A stretch of DNA of 53,960 nucleotides from Chlorobiota bacterium (GTDB lineage: Bacteria; Bacteroidota; Ignavibacteria; Kapaibacteriales; UBA2268): assembly GCA_041595255.1 (NCBI GenBank), contig JBFHKR010000002.1, forward strand, positions 1-53,960. Direction: 5' to 3'. Positions 8,943 to 18,260 of the stretch are shown here, one piece after another. The notes under the pieces were generated by a model. The model searched no databases and was not told the origin of the DNA. It saw only the letters and a program-made list of their open reading frames with translations. A program made the translations under genes and the position numbers. The first letter of the stretch is position 1. Every line of letters starts with the position of its first letter.

Positions 8943-11900
8943 ATGGTGTTAGAAATGAAAAATATTAAACTTTTGATATACTTGTTACTTCTGTCTTGTA
9001 GTAGTATGGTATTTGCTCAATCTATAGAGATAGAAAGAGTAGTTACAACAAATTTCCCTACTCTTAGGGCAGAGTTCAGGGTAAAAGATGCGAATGGGGC
9101 GGAAGTGAGAAACCTCAGTAATTTGGATTTAAAGTTAAAGGATTTAGGTGTCAATATACCTTTTACATCTCCAACTTGTCCTCCGGATCAGGCTAGATTT
9201 TCTTTGATACTTATATTCGATGCCTCTAATTCTATGGACAAAAATATAAGTAATGAGACTACAAACCCACCATCTAGACATACAGTTATCAAAAATGTAG
9301 CTAAACAGTTTATCGATCAGTTACCTGAGGGTCAATTCGAATGTGCGATAGGTGTTTTTTCAAAAGAATTTGATTATAATCAACTTCTAAGATTTACTAC
9401 TGATAAAGACTCTTTGAAACAAGCAGCTGATTATCGACTAATAAGTGCAACTAATTATAATGCTGGATTTATTGGTTATAATGAAAATAATGAAGGTGGC
9501 GCTTTTGGCTTAGTAAAGGATGCAAAATATAAACCTGTTATTGTATTTATGACTGATGGATTTCATCAAGAAAATTCTAAACATGGACCCATTCAGGATG
9601 GTATTATAATTTCTAAAGCAAATGAAACTAACACTACAATTTATTCTCTAGCAATTGGTCCCGTAGCTCCTGATCCTGGTGATGCTTCTCTAGATCCGAA
9701 TTCTAAAGCAAAATTAAAGAGCATATCTAACTCAACTGGTGGGGAATATTATGAGAATCTATTAAATGAACAACAAGTTGCAGATATTTATTCTCAAATA
9801 TTGCAATCGGCACAAGGTTTTGGTACTCCTGCACCATGTTACTTAGACTTTGAGTCTGACTGTAATGATGGTGAGATAGAATTGACATATTCTGGATTTA
9901 GTCCATCGGTTTCTGATACACTTGCATATTCTATAGCTGAAAATCTAAAACCAAATTTAAATATTACTCAAAGAAGTTTCTTAGAGATTAATCAAGCTCT
10001 CAATGTAGCAAAGGAATTTGATGTTACATTAAAAGCTGAAAAAAATAAGCTTACAATAACTGGGTTCAATGCAACTCCAGCAAATATATTTACTGTAACT
10101 AATTGGGGTGGATCTGCACCTCCTTTTACACTAAATAAAGATGAAATAAGAGTTATAAAAGTCTCTATAAAACCAGAGAATAGAGAATTCTATGGTGGAA
10201 CAATAAATTTTGTTGGTACCGGATGTTCTGGTATGACTATGACCCCAAGGTCAGGATTTATTTTTGCTGAGGATATTGTATTTGCAAATGTAAATCAGGG
10301 AGACCAAGAAAAGAAGACTTTCACTCAGAGATTTTGTAATTTGACTGATGAAACTCTAGACGTAAGTAATATATTGGTTTCAGGTGGGACAAACCAAACA
10401 GATTTTGGTATTACAAGCCAATCTAAAACACTCGCTCCAGGAGAATGTATAGATATAGAAGCTACGTTTAGACCTACAGATCAAGGTGATAGAGAAGCTT
10501 TATATACTGTAAAAACTAACAAAGGTGACTTTGTAGCAAAATTAAAAGGTGGTGGAGCTGGTAAACCACAAATAGCTGCTACTGCTGCCAAATTTGCTGA
10601 CGTAAATTGTGTTAATCCAAAATCTACAATAACTGTAGAAGTAAAAAATGAGGGTCCTGTTGAGTTAAATATTTCTAATATTGCTTTACAAGATGCTACA
10701 AATTTTACATATACAGGACCTACTTCTCTTAATGTACCTGCTAACAGTACTAATAATGTAGATGTAACGGTAGAATTTACACCACAGGCTAATGGAATAC
10801 AAACTACAAATCTAATCTTTACAAATAATTCAGATAATAGTAATTATAGTGTGAAGTTAGAAGGTGAAATGTTAGCTGTTGAATATAATATATCTGAACC
10901 TAATCATAATTTTGGCGAGATATGTGGCAATATTGGTAATCCTGCAACTAAGACTGTGACTTTAAGTAATGTAAGCTCATTTGGTTATAACGTTACTGCT
11001 AATTCTAATTTACCTGAGTTTTCAACGAATCTAACTAGTTATGATCTAACATCAGGTACTGCAGTAGTTACAATTAACTTTGAATCTGGAGTAAACAACA
11101 CATACAATGGGATTATTACATTTACCAGTGAGTGTGGCAATGTTGTTAAAACACTAAATGTTTCAGGGTCTATTAACTCACCAGAAGTTCAAACACAAGC
11201 TGTTTCTATTGCTGCAGTTATAGGTACTGGTGAAATGAAGACAGTTGATATTACGAATCCTAATACAGCTTCCTACGATGTTGTTGATGCGTATGTTGGT
11301 GATGCATCTAAAAACCCAATTCCAGAGTTTAGTGTTAGTGCAAATAGCTTTACAGTACCTGGAAGTGGTACTTATCAATTAGATATTACTTATACGCCAA
11401 ATGCAAGTAATCCAGTAGATAAAACTGGTATACTTTATTTGGTCGTTAATCAACCTTGTAATGTAACTCTTGATGATATAACTGTAGAAGGTAAACCAAC
11501 ATTGTCAATAGCTAATTTATCAATCGCAGATGATAACAAAGATTACATTGGTAAAGTTACAACAATTCCAGTTACATTGAACGGTCAAAGTGGTTTCCTT
11601 TCTTCTGGAACAAGCTCAGTAGAGTTCACAGTTCAGTTCGATGAAAATTTACTAAGTCCTATTAATGGTACTGCTGTAGGTACTAATCAAGTTACTCATA
11701 AATTCAATTTGAATTCACCATTTACTGGTACTCAAATTTACAATATGCAGTTTAAAGTATTGAATGGCTTACCTACTACGACTACACCAATCGCTTTTAC
11801 TAAAGCAGATGCTTTGAATAGTGGTGGTACTCAATCTGCTGGATTGAATACAAGCAATGGCAAATTTGATTTGATACTGGTAAAGGGTGAGGCTACTACA

Positions 11901-12584
11901 GAACCTTTATCTGCTTCTCCAGGAGAAAATTTCACATTACCAATTTACATACTTGATGAAAATAATAATCTTGATGAGTTGCTACATAAGGATTTGAAAA
12001 TTGTTGTTCAATACAATTACACTGTTATGCAACCTACTGACAGACCTTATACTATAGTATCAGAAGATATTGCCGAGATGGATATAACTGGTGAAATCCA
12101 GTTTACGCAAACTCCAAAAGTAAATCTAACTCAAGCACAGTTTGCATTTGCTAACATTCCAATGATAGCTAAATTAGGTAACAAACAAGTAACTAAAGTT
12201 GCAATTAAATCAGTAGATGTATTGTCTGGAGGAATTGCAGAGTTTGAACTTGATACGGCTGAGTTTACATTAACTGGCGTATGCGAAGAAGGAGGGCATT
12301 TAAGATTATTTACACTTTCAGAGATACAACCTTCTATCAAATTAACTCAAAACCCTATATTTTCAAATTCGAGTATTGAATTATATACAGTTGAAAAAGG
12401 AATACATAATGTAAATGTATATGATATGATAGGTAATAAGATTAATTTAGATACTAGAAACATAACAACAGAGGGAAGTTATACAATACCATTTGGTATT
12501 GAGACTCTGAATACTGGTTATTATTTAATATACTTTGAAACACCTACTCAAGAGTTTTTCAAGAAAATTGCAATAATAAAATAA
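8943..12584 (+). CDS. Large secreted vWA-domain protein with multiple Ig-like (ASH/PapD-like) domains, cohesin-like modules and a T9SS C-terminal sorting domain
   Basis: 1213 aa. The alternative start at 8955 gives the signal peptide 'MKNIKLLIYLLLLSCSSMVFAQ'. The vWA domain has an intact MIDAS: 'FDASNSM' (DxSxS, nt 9219-9233), 'ATNYNAG' and 'VFMTDG'. It contains repeated roughly 100-aa Ig-like modules. The tail ends 'GYYLIYFETPTQEFFKKIAIIK', a T9SS CTD. Confidence 0.8.
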   Translation: MVLEMKNIKLLIYLLLLSCSSMVFAQSIEIERVVTTNFPTLRAEFRVKDANGAEVRNLSNLDLKLKDLGVNIPFTSPTCPPDQARFSLILIFDASNSMDKNISNETTNPPSRHTVIKNVAKQFIDQLPEGQFECAIGVFSKEFDYNQLLRFTTDKDSLKQAADYRLISATNYNAGFIGYNENNEGGAFGLVKDAKYKPVIVFMTDGFHQENSKHGPIQDGIIISKANETNTTIYSLAIGPVAPDPGDASLDPNSKAKLKSISNSTGGEYYENLLNEQQVADIYSQILQSAQGFGTPAPCYLDFESDCNDGEIELTYSGFSPSVSDTLAYSIAENLKPNLNITQRSFLEINQALNVAKEFDVTLKAEKNKLTITGFNATPANIFTVTNWGGSAPPFTLNKDEIRVIKVSIKPENREFYGGTINFVGTGCSGMTMTPRSGFIFAEDIVFANVNQGDQEKKTFTQRFCNLTDETLDVSNILVSGGTNQTDFGITSQSKTLAPGECIDIEATFRPTDQGDREALYTVKTNKGDFVAKLKGGGAGKPQIAATAAKFADVNCVNPKSTITVEVKNEGPVELNISNIALQDATNFTYTGPTSLNVPANSTNNVDVTVEFTPQANGIQTTNLIFTNNSDNSNYSVKLEGEMLAVEYNISEPNHNFGEICGNIGNPATKTVTLSNVSSFGYNVTANSNLPEFSTNLTSYDLTSGTAVVTINFESGVNNTYNGIITFTSECGNVVKTLNVSGSINSPEVQTQAVSIAAVIGTGEMKTVDITNPNTASYDVVDAYVGDASKNPIPEFSVSANSFTVPGSGTYQLDITYTPNASNPVDKTGILYLVVNQPCNVTLDDITVEGKPTLSIANLSIADDNKDYIGKVTTIPVTLNGQSGFLSSGTSSVEFTVQFDENLLSPINGTAVGTNQVTHKFNLNSPFTGTQIYNMQFKVLNGLPTTTTPIAFTKADALNSGGTQSAGLNTSNGKFDLILVKGEATTEPLSASPGENFTLPIYILDENNNLDELLHKDLKIVVQYNYTVMQPTDRPYTIVSEDIAEMDITGEIQFTQTPKVNLTQAQFAFANIPMIAKLGNKQVTKVAIKSVDVLSGGIAEFELDTAEFTLTGVCEEGGHLRLFTLSEIQPSIKLTQNPIFSNSSIELYTVEKGIHNVNVYDMIGNKINLDTRNITTEGSYTIPFGIETLNTGYYLIYFETPTQEFFKKIAIIK

Positions 12585-12603
12585 TTTTGATGAAAAAAGT
12601 TAT

Positions 12604-12646
12604 AAACCCCTTTTCCAATTCATAGGATAAGGGGTTTTTTATTTTT
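12604..12646 (+). terminator. Rho-independent terminator after the vWA gene
   Basis: A 9-bp stem pairs aaacccctt (12604-12612) with aaggggttt (12629-12637). It is followed by a T-run. Confidence 0.75.
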
Positions 12647-12701
12647 AATTTCTAAAGTTTTAAACAGCAAAAAATAAATCTTAAATTGATTGAATAATTA
12701 G

Positions 12702-13472
12702 ATGAATAATAGAATAATTTCAGTAGCTAACCAGAAAGGTGGAGTAGGTAAAACAACTTCAGCAGTTAATATAGCCGCTTCACTAGCTGCACTAGAAAAG
12801 AAAGTTTTGTTGATGGATTTAGATCCTCAAGCAAATGCTACTGCTGGTTTGGGTATTGACTCTAAAAGTCAAGAAATATCAAGCTATGATGTATTAGTCA
12901 ATGAAGACTCAATAGATGATGCAACTGTAGACACAGAATTAGAATTTCTCAAACTAATTCCATCGCATATAGATCTAGTTGGTGCAGAGATAGAAATGAT
13001 ATCTCGAAAAAATAGAGAATTACAGTTAAAGAATAAATTCGATTCACTTGAAAAGAAATATGATTATATAGTAATTGATTGTCCACCATCTTTAGGTTTG
13101 CTTACACTTAACGCATTGACTGCTTCAGATAGTGTACTTATCCCAGTTCAATGTGAGTATTATGCTCTTGAAGGATTAGGACAATTACTAAACACAATAA
13201 GTATTGTTCGTAAACATCTTAATGACGACTTGGAAATAGAAGGAGTTCTATTAACAATGTATGATAGCAGATTAAACTTATCTAATGAAGTCGTAGAAGA
13301 AGTAAAAAAGCATTTTACAGATAAAGTATTTAAAACTATAATCAGTAGAAATGTAAGATTATCAGAATCGCCAAGTCATGGTAAACCTGTCATCTTATAT
13401 GATGCTGTTTCTAAAGGATCGCAAAACTATTTATCTTTAGCTAAAGAAATAATTAAAAACTCGAAAAAATAA
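12702..13472 (+). CDS. parA: Chromosome partitioning ATPase ParA/Soj
   Basis: 256 aa. The deviant Walker A is '[11 protein letters not shown]'. Other motifs are 'DLDPQANAT' and 'IDCPPSLG'. Confidence 0.9.
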   Translation: MNNRIISVANQKGGVGKTTSAVNIAASLAALEKKVLLMDLDPQANATAGLGIDSKSQEISSYDVLVNEDSIDDATVDTELEFLKLIPSHIDLVGAEIEMISRKNRELQLKNKFDSLEKKYDYIVIDCPPSLGLLTLNALTASDSVLIPVQCEYYALEGLGQLLNTISIVRKHLNDDLEIEGVLLTMYDSRLNLSNEVVEEVKKHFTDKVFKTIISRNVRLSESPSHGKPVILYDAVSKGSQNYLSLAKEIIKNSKK

Positions 13473-13478
13473 AAAATC

Positions 13479-14366
13479 ATGGTTAAAAAGAAAGGATTGG
13501 GGAGAGGACTTAGCGCTTTAATCCCAGATATAAAAAGAGAAGAAGATGATGAAGTAGAATTACAAAAAAATGTAGGTTCTAGTTCAAATATCCCTATTAA
13601 AAAGATTCGAATAAACCCTTGGCAACCAAGAAAAGAATTCGATCAGACAGCTTTAGAAGAATTAGCTGAGTCAATAAAAACTCATGGTCTTATCCAACCA
13701 ATATCAGTAAGGAGGGTAGATGAACATTTTGAGTTGATATCTGGTGAACGTAGATTTAGAGCATCAAAGTTGATTGGCCTAAAGGAAATACCTGCATATA
13801 TTAAAGAGAACGTAGATGATGAACAAATGCTTCAGTTTGCAATTATTGAAAATTTGCAAAGAGAAGACCTTAATCCAATTGAAATTGCAATTAGTTACAA
13901 AAGATTGATAGATGAGTTCAAACTAACACAAGAAGAAGTAGCCAAACAAGTTGGTAAGAATAGAACTACAGTTACTAATAATCTTAGATTATTAAATCTA
14001 CCTGATGTAGTACAGAAAAGTCTTTCTCAGAATGAAATTACTGGTGGCCATGCTCGAACATTATTAGGTCTCAGTGATATACCAAGCATAATAAAAGCTT
14101 GGAAACACATTATAGAAAATGAACTTTCTGTACGTGAAACTGAGAATTATGTTAAGAATTTTGGTAAATTCAATAAAAAAGATGAACAAGATAAAGAAGA
14201 ATTATCACAAGAATTGAAAGCAATTATAGATGATACCGAAGATAATCTTAGGAATAAATTCGGAACTGACGTCAGAATCAAATTTAAGAAAAATGAGAAA
14301 GGTTCTATAATTATTAACTATTATTCGAAAAAAGATTTAAATAGAATATTAGAGTTGTTGGATTGA
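13479..14366 (+). CDS. parB: Chromosome partitioning protein ParB/Spo0J
   Basis: 295 aa. ParB-box motifs are 'IQPISVRR' and 'LISGERRFRAS'. The HTH is 'TQEEVAKQVGKNRTTVTNNLRLL'. Confidence 0.9.
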   Translation: MVKKKGLGRGLSALIPDIKREEDDEVELQKNVGSSSNIPIKKIRINPWQPRKEFDQTALEELAESIKTHGLIQPISVRRVDEHFELISGERRFRASKLIGLKEIPAYIKENVDDEQMLQFAIIENLQREDLNPIEIAISYKRLIDEFKLTQEEVAKQVGKNRTTVTNNLRLLNLPDVVQKSLSQNEITGGHARTLLGLSDIPSIIKAWKHIIENELSVRETENYVKNFGKFNKKDEQDKEELSQELKAIIDDTEDNLRNKFGTDVRIKFKKNEKGSIIINYYSKKDLNRILELLD

Positions 14367-14776
14367 GTTTAGAGTTTACATCAAATAGAAGAGTTATATA
14401 TGCCGATACTGATAAAATGGGTGTCGTGTACAATGGTAATTACTTATCTTATTTCGAAATTGGTAGAAATGAACTAATGCGTCATTTGGGATTAGCTTAT
14501 ACAGAAGTAGAGAAAAATGGACTTATATTACCAGTAATAGATGCATATGTCAAATATATAAAACCCGCTTATTATGATGATGTTTTAGAGATAAATGCAC
14601 AATTAGTTGAAACTTTATCTGCTAAAATTCAGTTTATATATACTATTAGTTGCAATAATGTATTAATTGCAGAAGGTTATACTAATCATGTTTTTGCAAA
14701 TGCGGAAACTATGAAACCCGTTAGACCTCCGAAAATGTATGTTGAACTTTTACAAAATCACTTAGGTAATCCATAA
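14363..14776 (+). CDS. Acyl-CoA thioesterase, hotdog fold (YbgC/4HBT family)
   Basis: 137 aa. The motif 'YADTDKMGVVYNGNYLSYFEIGRNELM' is typical of YbgC-like thioesterases. Its TTG start overlaps the parB stop by 4 nt. Confidence 0.75.
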   Translation: MSLEFTSNRRVIYADTDKMGVVYNGNYLSYFEIGRNELMRHLGLAYTEVEKNGLILPVIDAYVKYIKPAYYDDVLEINAQLVETLSAKIQFIYTISCNNVLIAEGYTNHVFANAETMKPVRPPKMYVELLQNHLGNP

Positions 14777-14817
14777 ATATCTTTACTTTTTTACTGAAGA
14801 AAAAAGGCATATAATAA

Positions 14818-15753
14818 ATGAAAAAGACAATATTAGCATTATTGATATTAGCTGTTACTAATTCTTTCGCTGACGATACTCCATATAATTTCATTAGATT
14901 TAATTCAACAGCTAGGGCTGCTGCACTCGGCAATGCAGTTGTATCTATAGACGATGATGCTTCATTTATTTTCTTTAATCCTGCTCTCTTACAATCTGAA
15001 AATGACAAAACATTGTCAACTACTTTTTCGAAACATGTATTAGATATAAACTCAGGAAATGTCGTTTATAAGATTAATCAATTCGATTTAGACGGAGCTT
15101 CATTAGCTGCTCAAATTAATTTTAATAGTTATGGATCATTTAATTATTTAGATGAAGAAGGAAAATTATATGGCAATGGCTTTTCTGGTTCTGATTTATC
15201 TTTTGGGGTTACTTACTCGAATGAATTAGATTCTAATTGGCATTATGGAGTAACTGGTAAATTTATTTATCTTACTCTTGAGTCGCAAAGTTCGTCTGCA
15301 TTTGCTTTAGATGCTGGTATGTTCTATAAAGTTAATGAGAGAACTAATTTAGGTATATCAATACTTCATTTAGGAACTGAGTTAAGCTCACTTAATAGTC
15401 AAACAGCCACATTACCCACTGATACTAGAATAGGTGTTAATCATAGATTGAAAGGTTTACCTTTATTAATTAACTTCTCTTTTCATCATCTGGCAGATGA
15501 AGTTGATGGTTTCTTCGATCGATTCAAGAATTTTGCAATTGGCGGTGAACTTTATTTAAGTAAAGTCATAAATATAAGAGCTGGTTATGATAACCAAATT
15601 AGAAATTTTGCATCTGCCGATGAGAATAAAGGTCTTTCTGGTTTAAGTGGAGGGATTGGTATAAAATTCGAAGATATTGATTTTGATTACGGTTATGCTG
15701 AGTATGGAGCATCTATTGGTTTGCATAGATTTAGCCTATCATTAGATATCTAG
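14818..15753 (+). CDS. PorQ/PorV-family (FadL-like) outer-membrane beta-barrel, possible T9SS-associated protein
   Basis: 311 aa. The signal peptide is 'MKKTILALLILAVTNSFA'. The N-terminal motif 'YNFIRFNSTARAAALGNAVVSIDDDASFIFFNPALL' resembles the PorQ/PorV/FadL plug motif. The rest shows a beta-strand periodicity. The family assignment is from memory, not a search. Confidence 0.5.
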   Translation: MKKTILALLILAVTNSFADDTPYNFIRFNSTARAAALGNAVVSIDDDASFIFFNPALLQSENDKTLSTTFSKHVLDINSGNVVYKINQFDLDGASLAAQINFNSYGSFNYLDEEGKLYGNGFSGSDLSFGVTYSNELDSNWHYGVTGKFIYLTLESQSSSAFALDAGMFYKVNERTNLGISILHLGTELSSLNSQTATLPTDTRIGVNHRLKGLPLLINFSFHHLADEVDGFFDRFKNFAIGGELYLSKVINIRAGYDNQIRNFASADENKGLSGLSGGIGIKFEDIDFDYGYAEYGASIGLHRFSLSLDI

Positions 15754-16100
15754 TCATTTTTACTTTTCAGTCTTCTTAATCTTTCCTTTTGAATAGCAAC
15801 TCTGCTTTTTAATAGTTCAATATGGAGTTGTATATCAATACTATTGACAGAATCAGCATTAGCTAATTCTAACTCCCAATTTGATATTTTGTTCTCATTT
15901 CTAGCTATTATTTTATTCAGATTTGCTACAGAAATCTCTATTTTTCCTTGAATAATTTCTTGTGAGTCAATTACCAAACTGTCTTTATTGTAATCATTAT
16001 TATTATCAATAGTTTCATTACTACTTCTTTCTTGAACTACGCAGGAAAACATTAATATAAGGGTTAGAATTGTCAATATAATTTTCAAAATGTCAGCCAA
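15750..16100 (-). CDS. Small hypothetical lipoprotein with a coiled-coil C-terminus
   Basis: 116 aa with a TTG start. A hydrophobic N-terminus carries the lipobox-like 'LILMFSC'. The C-terminus is a charged helix, 'LHIELLKSRVAIQKERLRRLKSK'. I recognise no family. Confidence 0.45.
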   Translation of the reverse strand: MADILKIILTILTLILMFSCVVQERSSNETIDNNNDYNKDSLVIDSQEIIQGKIEISVANLNKIIARNENKISNWELELANADSVNSIDIQLHIELLKSRVAIQKERLRRLKSKND

Positions 16101-16136
16101 ACAACTTAAATTGCACTTATAATTATTTTCAAATAT

Positions 16137-16142
16137 AAGGAG
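16137..16142 (+). promoter_or_regulatory. Shine-Dalgarno AAGGAG 9 nt upstream of the ATG at 16152
   Basis: An exact AAGGAG lies at 16137-16142. Confidence 0.65.
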
Positions 16143-16151
16143 TTTTAAGTT

Positions 16152-16613
16152 ATGAAGAAGTTAATATTAGCTTTATTTATTGTTTTAGGTGTGCTCGCTT
16201 CAAACACTAATTTGAATGCTGAAACACGATTAGGTGGTGGATTATACTTTGGAAGTCAATTTAATGATTTAGCTTTAGAAGCTAGAGGGTTATTTGATAT
16301 AAATAAAGAATTTAGAATTCAACCAGATATTAAATTCTTTTTGGCTAGTGCAAACGTGTCATTTTTTACTATAAATACAAATGTAGACTATTTTTTCCAT
16401 AGAAAAGATAATATGTCAATTTATGCATTAGCTGGATTAAATTTTGGCATGTATAAAGCGCCTAGTATACCCTCGGAATCTGGTCTAGGGATAAATTTAG
16501 GTGTAGGTTCTGATTTTAATATGGGAAGTTGGATTTTAGCTCCTGAATTAAAATTAGTACTTGGAGCATATAATGGAATTGTATTAGGTGCTTCAGCTAC
16601 TTTTCCTCTATAA
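16152..16613 (+). CDS. Small outer-membrane beta-barrel protein (OmpW/opacity-porin-like size class)
   Basis: 153 aa. The signal peptide is 'MKKLILALFIVLGVLASNTNLNA'. Glycine-rich and aromatic alternating strands include 'GGGLYFGSQF', 'GLNFGMYKA' and 'GINLGVGSDF'. Confidence 0.55.
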   Translation: MKKLILALFIVLGVLASNTNLNAETRLGGGLYFGSQFNDLALEARGLFDINKEFRIQPDIKFFLASANVSFFTINTNVDYFFHRKDNMSIYALAGLNFGMYKAPSIPSESGLGINLGVGSDFNMGSWILAPELKLVLGAYNGIVLGASATFPL

Positions 16614-16634
16614 AATACTTAATTGATTAAAGAT

Positions 16635-16668
16635 AAAAAAAAATCCCGCCTTTGAGCGGGATTTTTTA
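16635..16668. terminator. Bidirectional rho-independent terminator between convergent genes
   Basis: A GC-rich stem pairs atcccgc (16643-16649) with gcgggat (16656-16662). It has an A-run upstream and a T-run downstream. Confidence 0.8.
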
Positions 16669-16669
16669 T

Positions 16670-18247
16670 TTACTTTACGATTTGTATTGGGCGAACAATT
16701 TGTTTGTTTCCAGTTTGGACTCTAATGTGATAGTTTCCACTATTGAGTCCATTTGTCTCAAAACTAATTTCCCTGGCAGAGCTTATAGTTTGTCCTTCAA
16801 ATAATTTCTTAACTTCTTGTCCTCTGTTATTATATATCGATATAAATGTCATTCCAGCTTCTGCTTTGAATTTCAAATTACCACTACCATTCATAGGGTT
16901 AGGGAATACATCAAAATCATTTGCATTGTAATTATTTTCCACACTTGATGTTCCTTTCTGTATAATATTCAAATGTTGATGTTTACCTAGCATAATATTT
17001 TCTAAATCAGCATCTTCTACTTCAAACCAATCTTTCAATAGTGAATAATATATTGACCTGAAATCAAATTGCATAGGTAGATTATCTTGTACTGTAACTG
17101 TAGAAGGTATGACTGGGTTATCTCCTTGAATCCCTGGTATAACTCTAGAGCCAAATACAAATAAAGGAGCGGCAGAACCATGATCAGTACCATTACTAGC
17201 ATTAGATAATATTCTTCTACCAAATTCTGAAAATGTCATACCTACTACATTATCTTCCAAATTTTGAAGTTTCATTTCATCTTGGAAAGCTGATACTGAT
17301 TCGGACACCATTTTTAATAGTTCGTAGTGGCTACCTTCTACATCACCTTCTTGTTGTACTTGATTAGCATGAGTATCGAAACCTCCCAAACTATGAACGA
17401 AAATTCTTGTTTTACTACCACCAGCTATCAGCTTTGCTGTTACTTGTAGTTGTCCTATCAATCTATTATTATTACCTGCACTATCCCATTTAGAAGACTT
17501 TAGATTATTTCCTTTCTCGAATGTATTTTCTAAAGTATCTCCGTAAAGTTGAGTTTGATTAATAATCTGTCTTATATACTCTATCTCGTTTCCTGCTGGT
17601 GTATCTGGAGCTGTATCTATTCCTCCTGAATTGATATTGTAAATATCAATCTTGCCTTCATTATTAGGTGTTATTGCCATACCCATACCTAAAGTTGGAC
17701 CTTGGCAAGTTGGGGATACATAAGGACCGTAAGTTATAGATAATGGATCTAAATTATCTGGATTAGGATAATTTGTAGGATAGCTCGGGTGTTTAGTATA
17801 AAGTTCTCTACCCAACCAACCAGACGAAACTACTTTGTTAGAATCTGAAGCAGATGTCCATATATCCGTACTTCTAAAATGTGAAAAATTTGGTTGAGGA
17901 TATCCAACTGACTGTAATACGTGTAATTTTCCTTCATCATATAAATTTTTAAGACCCGATAGAGCAGGATTCAATCCAACATCGTCTCGAAGTTTTAAAA
18001 CCAAATTCTCTGGTACTAATACGTTTTGTCTTGCTTTGAATAAATTGCCATATTGATCTAGTGGTATCACAGTATTTAGACCATCGTTCCCACCATTTAA
18101 AAATATTAATATTAACTTTCTATCTTCAGCTTTGGCTAACTCTGCAAATTGATTGAATATTGGAGCTCCCTTAGCTAGTTGCATACCACCTAACAAAACT
18201 GCAGAGGTTGTCAGACCGGTAGTTCGAATAAAATCTCTTCTTTTCAT
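16670..18247 (-). CDS. DUF1501-family (alkaline-phosphatase/sulfatase-like) protein with a twin-arginine signal and a T9SS C-terminal sorting domain
   Basis: 525 aa. The Tat-like N-terminus is 'MKRRDFIRTTGLTTSAVLLGGMQLAKGAP'. DUF1501 motifs are 'LILIFLNGGNDGLNTVIP', 'GYPQPNFSHFRSTDIW', 'GGFDTHANQ' and 'GTDHGSAAP'. The tail 'FDVFPNPMNGSGNLKF...GNYHIRVQTGNKQIVRPIQIVK' matches the T9SS CTD pattern. Confidence 0.85.
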   Translation of the reverse strand: MKRRDFIRTTGLTTSAVLLGGMQLAKGAPIFNQFAELAKAEDRKLILIFLNGGNDGLNTVIPLDQYGNLFKARQNVLVPENLVLKLRDDVGLNPALSGLKNLYDEGKLHVLQSVGYPQPNFSHFRSTDIWTSASDSNKVVSSGWLGRELYTKHPSYPTNYPNPDNLDPLSITYGPYVSPTCQGPTLGMGMAITPNNEGKIDIYNINSGGIDTAPDTPAGNEIEYIRQIINQTQLYGDTLENTFEKGNNLKSSKWDSAGNNNRLIGQLQVTAKLIAGGSKTRIFVHSLGGFDTHANQVQQEGDVEGSHYELLKMVSESVSAFQDEMKLQNLEDNVVGMTFSEFGRRILSNASNGTDHGSAAPLFVFGSRVIPGIQGDNPVIPSTVTVQDNLPMQFDFRSIYYSLLKDWFEVEDADLENIMLGKHQHLNIIQKGTSSVENNYNANDFDVFPNPMNGSGNLKFKAEAGMTFISIYNNRGQEVKKLFEGQTISSAREISFETNGLNSGNYHIRVQTGNKQIVRPIQIVK

Positions 18248-18254
18248 TTCTAAT

Positions 18255-18260
18255 CTCCTT
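18255..18260 (-). promoter_or_regulatory. Shine-Dalgarno AAGGAG for the DUF1501 gene, overlapping the DUF1800 stop codon
   Basis: The minus-strand AAGGAG lies 7 nt before the ATG at 18247. It overlaps the TAA stop of the upstream gene (18259-18261). Confidence 0.65.

Noticed and set aside
12585-12701. oriC / DnaA-box cluster near parAB
   Set aside because: I found no TTATCCACA-like boxes in this or neighbouring spacers. The only close match (TATCCACA near 51557) is inside the Lon-like CDS. No dnaA or dnaN gene is in the window.
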